A stretch of 64,000 bases of DNA from a virus (lineage: Duplodnaviria; Caudoviricetes). The position numbers were made by a program, and so were the translations under genes. The notes under the pieces were generated by a model. The model saw only the letters and a program-made list of their open reading frames with translations. It did no database searches and was not told where the DNA came from. Shown piece by piece: positions 29,469 through 37,037 of this stretch (its first letter is position 1; every line of letters starts with the position of its first letter). The DNA is taken from the IMG/VR virus record IMGVR_UViG_3300033066_001296, positions 15,846 to 79,845 of that record, one strand, 5' to 3'.

Positions 29469-29888
29469 TCAGCCGAGTCCGCCCTTACCCTTGCCAAACA
29501 AGTTTTTTCTTCCTGCAACAGCACGAATACCTTCGTGAGCCATTGCACCTGCAAAATGACCAACACCATGGCCAACATCGGAAGAAAGAAAGTTTTTGAT
29601 CTTACCCCCAAGCGTGCGACCATGTGTTTTTGTCTTCTTTCTCATGTGTGCTGCAAGAGTGTGGTTGACTGCCGCAGACGCCAAAGATGCACCTCTCACA
29701 CGATGAGCACCTAGCAGACCACTAGCAAAGCCTATTTTGGCTCCCATTTTTGCGGAAGCCATCTTTGGCCCTTTGCGGAATGCTGCCAAATTACGCTCTC
29801 CGGCTTTAACCCAATAAGAGCGCTTCGTAGAGCCTTTCTTACCCCGCACTGTTTTAGTTACTTTGCGAAGTCCGGCACGATTTGCCAT
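29469..29888 (-). CDS. Array protein 1: basic N-motif plus glycine-rich helices
   Basis: MANRAGLRKVTKTVRGKKGSTKRSYWVKA; start 29888. Confidence 0.75.
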   Translation of the reverse strand: MANRAGLRKVTKTVRGKKGSTKRSYWVKAGERNLAAFRKGPKMASAKMGAKIGFASGLLGAHRVRGASLASAAVNHTLAAHMRKKTKTHGRTLGGKIKNFLSSDVGHGVGHFAGAMAHEGIRAVAGRKNLFGKGKGGLG

Positions 29889-29919
29889 TTTCCGATTCCC
29901 TCCGAGCACTATTGCCCGA

Positions 29920-30174
29920 TCAAATGTTCTCTTTTGTAGAGTCCAGCAAAAGTTTACGCTGGTTTCTCAACTCAAGCCAAGCACGAATTCCAAAAAGATC
30001 ATGGAGGATATAGCGGAGGATCAACCAGATCCCCAACCTCCATGCGGTTCCAGAGGTCATGTGCGCGTGAAAGATGGCGGCATCCCCAGGTCCCGCTACG
30101 TAGAGCTCCACCATCGGACCTGTTCCGATGGCAGTAACCTCTGCGTACCCATCGTTTCGATGAAACGGTCTCAT
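29920..30174 (-). CDS. Hypothetical protein
   Basis: 84 aa; ATGA overlap with methylase gene. Confidence 0.45.
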   Translation of the reverse strand: MRPFHRNDGYAEVTAIGTGPMVELYVAGPGDAAIFHAHMTSGTAWRLGIWLILRYILHDLFGIRAWLELRNQRKLLLDSTKENI

Positions 30175-31088
30175 CGAGTTCTCCCTTCCTTCCTGAGCGT
30201 CTTTTGGAGCGCCTTCTCGAGATTGTTACTTGCAGAGAATTTTGGCTTGAAGCCGTGACGAATTTCAAGTGATTCTGGATAGTTCATCCACAATACTTCC
30301 GTCTTCTGTCGATCCTCTTTATCGAGAAAGTTCGCTGAGCTTGCGTTTGCGCTGTATTCGACCCTTCTCCAGTCTTTGTATGCCTGATCGTAAAAGTCTC
30401 CAGCGTATCCAGAAATTGCAATGAGAGCTCCCCGTCTAGTTGCTTCCAAGTTTGAGGCCAGGAGCTTCTCATGCCATGCAGCATCCATCTCGTGCTGATA
30501 TCCGTGCCCCGCACCCCGGCTTGCCGGATGGTACGGAGGATCTTCATAGATGAAAACGCCACTCTTGCCGTAGTACTTCACCAACTCCACGGCATCGGTG
30601 TTGTTGATCTCGACACCACGAAAGAACTCTGCGTATTCTTGAAAGAGCTCGAGCTTGTTACTTACAGCTCTCGCTACGGAGCCTTTGGGGGTTCCACGGC
30701 GGAAGCCTTCGATGGTTTGCTGCATCCCCGCAAAATTCTGGGTCTGCCGCACCCAAACCCTGCGCGCGAGCTCTAGCTCGTCTTCTGGGTCTTGCGTCCA
30801 ATCTCGACACGCTCGTTGCTCATCAAATGCGTAGGGGGTAAGCTCGCAAACCCTCCGAAGTTCCTCGGGACGTTCTCGAAGTACTTTGAAGAACGTAACA
30901 ACGCCCCTGTTCAGATCATTGATGACTCGATTTGGGTAAAGCCCCTCGGGCAGAGCAAAGAAGAGCGCACCCGAACCGAAGCACGTCTCTACGTAGGTCT
31001 CAGGGCCTTTTGGAAAGTGCGGAAGTATCTTCTCTGCAATCTGGCTCTTTGCTCCGTAGTAACAACCAAATACTGATCCTTTAATCAT
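30171..31088 (-). CDS. dam: DNA adenine methyltransferase (Dam/D12 class)
   Basis: YYGAKSQIA...YVETCFGSGALFF...VINDLN motif I region and IYEDPPY motif IV. Confidence 0.9.
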   Translation of the reverse strand: MIKGSVFGCYYGAKSQIAEKILPHFPKGPETYVETCFGSGALFFALPEGLYPNRVINDLNRGVVTFFKVLRERPEELRRVCELTPYAFDEQRACRDWTQDPEDELELARRVWVRQTQNFAGMQQTIEGFRRGTPKGSVARAVSNKLELFQEYAEFFRGVEINNTDAVELVKYYGKSGVFIYEDPPYHPASRGAGHGYQHEMDAAWHEKLLASNLEATRRGALIAISGYAGDFYDQAYKDWRRVEYSANASSANFLDKEDRQKTEVLWMNYPESLEIRHGFKPKFSASNNLEKALQKTLRKEGRTR

Positions 31089-32044
31089 CCTCGCCTGCGT
31101 CCTCTTGTATGTGCATTAACCTTTACGGAACCTGCACCTCTTGCCGCGGGTGACTTGCTCTTGCGATTTGCCTGCACTTCTTCCTTCGGTGCGACGCGAG
31201 TTCCACCAGCCTTCGTCTTCACAGTTGCAGATCCAGATGCGTGCATCTTGAGGATCTGAAGCTTGCTCTTCTCGCGTAGGGTCTGTCGTATTGACTTCTG
31301 CCGATCCCGCACTCCCTTTGTGTTGGACTCCTGTCCTTGCGACTTCACCTCGTTCAAGCGCTCCTGTGCGGCAATCTTGGCCGCAGCTCTCTGAGCTTGG
31401 GAAGCCTGTGCCACGGAATGCACCTCTCGAAGACGTTGGATCTTCTTCTTGTGAGCTTCTTCCTTGAGCTTGTCACGGGCTGCATAGTCCTGGGCACGAG
31501 TCTGTGCCTTGTGATCCATAAGCTTCTCGTGCTTGATCTTCAGACCACGGACGTGCTCGTCCACCTTCTGAACTTGCCTACGATGCAGCTCACCCCGTGT
31601 GGTTTCTCGGATCATGTCCGCATGAGGCCCACCATACTTCTGTGCGTGGTCCCAGACCTCGCGAAGATGCGTGTGGCTCATTTGTGTGATCTCAGGATCA
31701 CCGCGCTTCACCTTCGCAATGTTCTCGAAGATACGCTGATCGTTCTTGAGCCTGGACATCGTGCCTTGGAATGCAGTGTGTGCAAACGCAAACAGAGCGG
31801 TCTTGAGCAGACCGCTCCTGCCACTGCGCATACCACGTTCGAGGAACTTGCTGATTGCAACACCACCCGCCATACGAGCGGTGGCACGCCCAGCATCCGA
31901 AGTTACGTATTCCTTGGCAGACGGTAGGTTTCCGTGGACACCCTCGTAGTCCCTACGATGCTGGTTGATGTGCTCTTTACCAGCACCATACGCACTCTTT
32001 ACGTGCTCTCCAGCATTACGGATATGCTCACTGAACTTTGCCAT
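31085..32044 (-). CDS. Basic His-rich protein, putative internal virion protein
   Basis: 319 aa K/R/H-rich; GEHVKSAYG resembles NEHVRSAWG of 27357..27995; C-terminal SVKVNAHTRGRRRG. Confidence 0.6.
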   Translation of the reverse strand: MAKFSEHIRNAGEHVKSAYGAGKEHINQHRRDYEGVHGNLPSAKEYVTSDAGRATARMAGGVAISKFLERGMRSGRSGLLKTALFAFAHTAFQGTMSRLKNDQRIFENIAKVKRGDPEITQMSHTHLREVWDHAQKYGGPHADMIRETTRGELHRRQVQKVDEHVRGLKIKHEKLMDHKAQTRAQDYAARDKLKEEAHKKKIQRLREVHSVAQASQAQRAAAKIAAQERLNEVKSQGQESNTKGVRDRQKSIRQTLREKSKLQILKMHASGSATVKTKAGGTRVAPKEEVQANRKSKSPAARGAGSVKVNAHTRGRRRG

Positions 32045-32056
32045 GCGAGAAGATTA

Positions 32057-32446
32057 TCAAGTTCCAGGACCAAAAACGAGCTTATCGGGGTTTGGGCCTC
32101 TGTCAATCCAGACATAAACCCAATCTGGATGCTTTGCCGCTGCCTTTTCCGCAGCAGGCGCACAGGACTTGCACGCAAACGCCTCAGAGATTCTGAAAAG
32201 AGGCCCCCACTTCGAGTGCATGATCATGTCGTAGAACTTCTCTGGATTCTCATTCTTCAACACCGTAAGCGCAGGGTCCTTCTCCATCATGGTTTTGTAC
32301 TCACCATACGTATGAATGCGAATCAGCGGAGGAGCTTCGCATCCCATGCACTTGTCTGTAGGACGAAATGCATACTTCTGATGGAACTCCTGCGGAGTAA
32401 TGAGCCCATCTTGGAACTTTTTACGGTGGGTGATCTTGTTATTCAC
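32057..32446 (-). CDS. Hypothetical Zn-binding protein
   Basis: GTG start at 32446; CMGC...CKSC. Confidence 0.55.
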   Translation of the reverse strand: MNNKITHRKKFQDGLITPQEFHQKYAFRPTDKCMGCEAPPLIRIHTYGEYKTMMEKDPALTVLKNENPEKFYDMIMHSKWGPLFRISEAFACKSCAPAAEKAAAKHPDWVYVWIDRGPNPDKLVFGPGT

Positions 32447-32885
32447 GATCCCATTTCTCTTTCTTTGTCTTGTCAGGTGTCTTTTTGACAGTTTTTTGAG
32501 GTGCAAATGCAGATTCCGCAAGCACCTTCTTCGGGTCTCGGATGCGAAAGAGGGGCACTGTGCTCCCTCGCACCATCGCGGCGTCAATGGCACCGTCCTG
32601 AACTTGCCCTGTAACCCACTCTTCCGTCTCTCGTACAAGTTTTCGGAGTGTGAGCATGTCCATCCAATGATCCTCTGGATGTGCCTTCTGGATCTTTCGA
32701 TAGCGAATTCCCCAGGGGCCATCTACGAATGAATCATTCTCTCTGGGTTTTCCGAGAAAGACAGGGGTGTTCAAGATGTCCACATCCTTTACGTGGAGAG
32801 GCTCTATGACTCTGCCCTTGTTGTAGACGATGTTCCGGCCTTTGCTGTGGATGATTGTTGGCATCGGACTGGACAAATGTTCCAC
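32439..32885 (-). CDS. Hypothetical protein
   Basis: 148-aa ORF coupled to downstream gene. Confidence 0.5.
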   Translation of the reverse strand: MEHLSSPMPTIIHSKGRNIVYNKGRVIEPLHVKDVDILNTPVFLGKPRENDSFVDGPWGIRYRKIQKAHPEDHWMDMLTLRKLVRETEEWVTGQVQDGAIDAAMVRGSTVPLFRIRDPKKVLAESAFAPQKTVKKTPDKTKKEKWDRE

Positions 32886-32907
32886 GGATGGGTATCCGTA
32901 GTCAAGT

Positions 32908-33267
32908 ATGTGTGATCAGACCGTGTGGATCGATGACAAAGGCACACTCCATCGATTGACACTTCAACTTAAAGAGGAGAGATGCCTGCACTGCATGTGT
33001 AGTGTATGTGTGCAAGACTTTACAACTAGAGATGATAGAGAGCCTATCATTGTTCATGGTGTAGGATTCGAGAATCAGAAAGGTTCATGGGAAATAATCC
33101 CATACTCGAATCACATTGTGGTGTGCCTTGCTTCGTATGAGGTTCCCGGTGAAAGCAAAGAGATCAAGAAGAGAGATCGTCTGGTGCGAAAAGTCAAAGA
33201 TCGATGGGATTATCACGCACCGACTCAAGATGAACTGGAAGAAGGATCCAATGTGCAGGTTTTGTGA
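32908..33267 (+). CDS. Hypothetical Cys-rich protein
   Basis: 119 aa with CLHCMCSVC. Confidence 0.45.
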   Translation: MCDQTVWIDDKGTLHRLTLQLKEERCLHCMCSVCVQDFTTRDDREPIIVHGVGFENQKGSWEIIPYSNHIVVCLASYEVPGESKEIKKRDRLVRKVKDRWDYHAPTQDELEEGSNVQVL

Positions 33268-33357
33268 GGCTGGAGTTTGTATTCAGGACTACCAAAGCTC
33301 GCCAAAGTGGTCTTGCGGTGTAGTTGTTCACGGATTTGGATGGGAGGAGTATGGCAA

Positions 33358-33978
33358 ATGATTGTCCTCGGGCTCGACATCTCAATGACCGCAACAGGTT
33401 GGGCTATTGCCAATGTAAGCGGTCAGAAACCAAGCTTGCTTCGTTGCGGTGTGATTGAAACCAAGAAGAGCAAAGGTAAAGGTTCCGGTACGCTCGACTC
33501 CATTCGCAGAGCGCACCACATCTATGTTGAACTTGGAAAGGTACTTTCTTCAGAGCTTGGGCTGAAGATCGATCTGATCTGTCTGGAATCGATGAGCTGG
33601 CCCCGCAACGCCTCATCTTCGATCAAGATGGCAATTGCATGGGGGGCGATTGCTCCGCTACTTGCGGATCGCCCCCTCATTCCTGTTGGGCCGATGGCTT
33701 TGAAGTTGGCGGTTAGCGGGAAGAAGACTGCTTCAAAGGCAGAAGTGGCTTCTGGGGTTCGCTCTTTGATGCCGAAGGCGACTTCGCGGGTTTTGAAGGA
33801 GTTTGTCCCGAAGGCTTCTTTGCAGGAGCATTGTTGGGACGCGCTTGGGGCGATCCTGGCTTCGATGAAGACGGAGAAGTTCCAGCTTTTGAAGGCTGGC
33901 CTTTCGGAGCGGAAGACTGCCCCGATTTCGCCACCCGAGGAGCTCCGGGTTTCTGGAGAGCCCCCTGCTTACCCATGA
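33358..33978 (+). CDS. RuvC-like Holliday junction resolvase
   Basis: MIVLGLDISMTATGWA (D), LICLES (E), KLAVSGKKTASKAEV, HCWDALG (D). Confidence 0.88.
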   Translation: MIVLGLDISMTATGWAIANVSGQKPSLLRCGVIETKKSKGKGSGTLDSIRRAHHIYVELGKVLSSELGLKIDLICLESMSWPRNASSSIKMAIAWGAIAPLLADRPLIPVGPMALKLAVSGKKTASKAEVASGVRSLMPKATSRVLKEFVPKASLQEHCWDALGAILASMKTEKFQLLKAGLSERKTAPISPPEELRVSGEPPAYP

Positions 33979-35782
33979 CGCCCATCTGGTTTGGATCTGG
34001 TTGAGGCTGTGAAGCCTGTACCATCGCCTTGACCATCTCCTGACTCTGGGCTGCTGTGTTGGCTACCCAGATGTCCTGGTGCTTCGATCGATACTGAACA
34101 AGCGTCAGATCTCCATCGGGGATTGCACCAAGCTGCAAAGCACCTTCACGATACTCGTTGATCGTGCAGATACCCTGCGCAAGAGCTTCCTTCCACGTCA
34201 TTGCATCAGGCCCCTCTGGCTCTTCGGGAGCTGCTCCTTCTTCGCCTTCTGCACCCTCTTCGCCCGTATCGGCAGACATTGCCGCGTCCTCTTCCGCCTT
34301 CTTCAGCGCATGGATCTCCTTGAGCGGATCCAACTCTGTGAGACCCATCCAATACTTGATGGCTGTCTCCTTGGTCAGAACCTCGGAGTCTTTGCCAGTT
34401 GTAGCAATGCGCTGTGCGGTCTCGATATCTGTGAATGTAGGTTTGAAGTAGTGAGGCCACTGGAGCTCGCAAACCTGTCCATTGCCCACCACACGAGGAA
34501 TCGTAACTTGATCTCCATCTGGCTGCGCGATGACCCTCTTTGGAACGTAGACACGATAGCGAATGCGCCGCACCGAACCATCTTCGTTTTGTACTTCGCG
34601 AATACCCTCTACAGTTCGTACAGCCTTTAGCACCTTCTGGCAGATACGGATGATTGCAGGTCCATACTGTTCTCGGAGAGAGTCTGCCTTCTCGATCATG
34701 GAGTGGAAGATTCTCTCGATCTCCATGGCAGTCTTTTCGCCATTGTTCTGGAAGAGAATCTGATCTGGAACACACTGGCAGAGTCGATAGATGCGCTCCT
34801 CTAGCTTCTCAAGAACTGTGATTCCAATAGTAGGTCCAGAACCGCTCAGTTCGAGATACTGAGCGGTGCTGCTTGGCCCAAGAAACAGAGCATTGTCCGA
34901 ACCCTTTCTAACAGTGCCGGGGTTCTCCATATCTGTAACGATATTAAGCGTTGGATCACAGTTAGATACGGTCCCGTACCAGATTTCAGCGAGCAACTGA
35001 TCGACTGCTTCGAGCATTCGATAGGCACCGTGACAATCGGAGTCCCCATCGATCTCGTCATCCGATCGGAGGTTTTGGATCCACTCGTACGGCACAAACC
35101 CCAGACCGTGAGGAACTGTGTTTCGCTGCATGTACTCCCAGCGAGGTTCCTTGTTACGGCATTTGATGGGCCTCCATACCGTATCGTTCTCTTCGTCCAC
35201 AACGCGCCGATACCAGTACCAGATGGTCTTGTAGCGACCGTCTTCCTGCTTCTCGTCCTTCGGGTACGTATACTGAATGGTCAGCTTCGTGAGCCTGTTG
35301 GAGCCCCTACCATCGAACTCAGGTTCAGTCCAACGAGGGTCCAGCGCTTCAAACTGGCACATACCATCCAGAATCTTGAAACCCACACAAGCCGAGCCTG
35401 TAGCACCTCCGTAGTTACGGGCTTGCGTCATTGCAGCCCAGAACTCGCCCTGCTTTAGAAGTGCGGAGAGGTAATCCTGTGTGCGCTCATCATCAGGCAC
35501 AAGAACTCTTGGTTGCTTCTGATTGGAAAACAGAAGTCCTGTGAAGCGGGAGACAATGTTTCGTACAATGCCAAGTGGAGCGACGGGACGACGGAAGTCA
35601 CGGGGGACATCTCCTGCGTTCTCCATTCCGGGCGGCACAACACCCTCTCGCTGGACGGCATCCCACATATCGCCCGAGAGGACGGGCCTCCCGTTCCATT
35701 CGTGACCCTTTCCGTCGTGCTCGCAGACACGGAAATAGCTCCATAGGTTATTGAGCTCTCTTTGCCGTTTGGAGAGCTTCAT
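33713..35782 (-). CDS. Portal protein (SPP1-like) with long acidic then P/K/S-rich C-terminal tail
   Basis: IVRNIVSRFTGLLFS...ARNYGGATGSA...HGLGFVPY.WIQN...DGDSD...LEAVDQLL portal motifs; start 35782 (alt. 35869). Confidence 0.85.
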   Translation of the reverse strand: MKLSKRQRELNNLWSYFRVCEHDGKGHEWNGRPVLSGDMWDAVQREGVVPPGMENAGDVPRDFRRPVAPLGIVRNIVSRFTGLLFSNQKQPRVLVPDDERTQDYLSALLKQGEFWAAMTQARNYGGATGSACVGFKILDGMCQFEALDPRWTEPEFDGRGSNRLTKLTIQYTYPKDEKQEDGRYKTIWYWYRRVVDEENDTVWRPIKCRNKEPRWEYMQRNTVPHGLGFVPYEWIQNLRSDDEIDGDSDCHGAYRMLEAVDQLLAEIWYGTVSNCDPTLNIVTDMENPGTVRKGSDNALFLGPSSTAQYLELSGSGPTIGITVLEKLEERIYRLCQCVPDQILFQNNGEKTAMEIERIFHSMIEKADSLREQYGPAIIRICQKVLKAVRTVEGIREVQNEDGSVRRIRYRVYVPKRVIAQPDGDQVTIPRVVGNGQVCELQWPHYFKPTFTDIETAQRIATTGKDSEVLTKETAIKYWMGLTELDPLKEIHALKKAEEDAAMSADTGEEGAEGEEGAAPEEPEGPDAMTWKEALAQGICTINEYREGALQLGAIPDGDLTLVQYRSKHQDIWVANTAAQSQEMVKAMVQASQPQPDPNQMGVMGKQGALQKPGAPRVAKSGQSSAPKGQPSKAGTSPSSSKPGSPQARPNNAPAKKPSGQTPSKPAKSPSASKSEPQKPLLPLKQSSSR

Positions 35783-35937
35783 GTGCTTCGATCCAGGCTC
35801 CCCACTCGATTCTCTTAGGAGATCCCCTGTAAATTCCCGAGCTGTGTCGGGTTCGCGCGTTACTGGCATGAGTAAAGATTACACTCCCATTTGATGCGTG
35901 TCATTGTCTTCCTGTACAGATGTTGTACTCTGCCTGT

Positions 35938-36189
35938 ATGTCTGAACAGGAAGAACTGTCAAAACCCTCAGAGCGGCAGCTTGAGCTTCTCAGAGTGGTG
36001 CATACTTATTCAATCGAGCAAGGATACTCCCCTTCTCGAAGAGATCTAGCAGAGAAACTTGGCGTAAAGAGCATCCACACAGTGCAGGGTCTTGTGGATC
36101 TGCTCGTCGAGAAAGGGTTTCTACTTCGACAACCCCGAATCTCCCGTAGCTTGTCGCTCACTGCACGCGGCAAGGAGTTGCTTGTATGA
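35938..36189 (+). CDS. Stand-alone LexA-type winged-helix DNA-binding domain
   Basis: SERQLELLRVV...GYSPSRRDLAEKLGVKSIHTVQGLVDLLVEKGFL.R.PRISRSL; no peptidase domain. Confidence 0.85.
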   Translation: MSEQEELSKPSERQLELLRVVHTYSIEQGYSPSRRDLAEKLGVKSIHTVQGLVDLLVEKGFLLRQPRISRSLSLTARGKELLV

Positions 36190-37037
36190 GCATCTTGAAG
36201 CCCGGACAGCAAAGACCCTCGATCAACCTTACGAATCGGAAGTCCTTTGTAGAGAACTCTGTGCCAGCCCAAGTACCTGTAACGGAGAACTTCGAGTCTC
36301 CCAATCCTGGTCTTGCAATCCAGACTATCGCAAAGCTTCCCAACCAGCGAGGGAAGGGCGGAAGACCTACCAAGGCCCAGAGTCGCGATGCAGGCTACAT
36401 GGAAGGTGCTCAGAAGGCCATCGAGGAGATTCGAGAAGCAAACCCTCCGCTTCTCGCTGCCGCACCTCACCGTTCTGGAAAGATGGAGATTCAGAGATCC
36501 TGGGAAAAGGCATACGACGCCAAGGAGAAGTCTCTCGAGCGGCAGGAAGCCGAAGCCATCCTTGCAGCGCGGAGCGAAAGGCTTGCCGCACTTGAAGAGG
36601 AAACCGCCATTCGCAGAGCCAACCGAAAGGTTGGCGTCGCCGCAGGGCTTGCTGCATTCACGATGGTGCGAACGCTTGGAGATGTGGCAGAGCGACTCGA
36701 CAAAAAGGTGCGAGAATCGAAGGACATGAGCTTCTCGGAGCTTCGGGGTGCAATCAACACACTTTCGGGCTCTGTATCCAAGATGCAGTCCGCAATGGAG
36801 ACTGTGGCACGCCTCGAACGCACGATTACGCGGCGACCGCTTGATGAAGAGGGTGTAAATTCTGTTAGCGAAGACGATCTTTCAAACCTCTCTGTTGAAG
36901 ACGCAGAGAAGATCCTCGAGAACATTCTCAAAACGACCTATCACACGGCAAAGAGCGCAGGAATCAAAATTTACGATGGTACTGCGGAGGTGGTAGAGAC
37001 TTCAGAAGAGGTGAGCAATGGCGAAGTTGAATCCTGA
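36186..37037 (+). CDS. Probable terminase small subunit
   Basis: 283 aa helical protein overlapping the TerL start; GKGGRPTK basic motif and coiled coil. Confidence 0.55.
   Translation: MSILKPGQQRPSINLTNRKSFVENSVPAQVPVTENFESPNPGLAIQTIAKLPNQRGKGGRPTKAQSRDAGYMEGAQKAIEEIREANPPLLAAAPHRSGKMEIQRSWEKAYDAKEKSLERQEAEAILAARSERLAALEEETAIRRANRKVGVAAGLAAFTMVRTLGDVAERLDKKVRESKDMSFSELRGAINTLSGSVSKMQSAMETVARLERTITRRPLDEEGVNSVSEDDLSNLSVEDAEKILENILKTTYHTAKSAGIKIYDGTAEVVETSEEVSNGEVES

Noticed and set aside
35938-36189. Lysogeny repressor or prophage evidence
   Set aside because: No integrase, att site, host genes or cleavable repressor domain in the window
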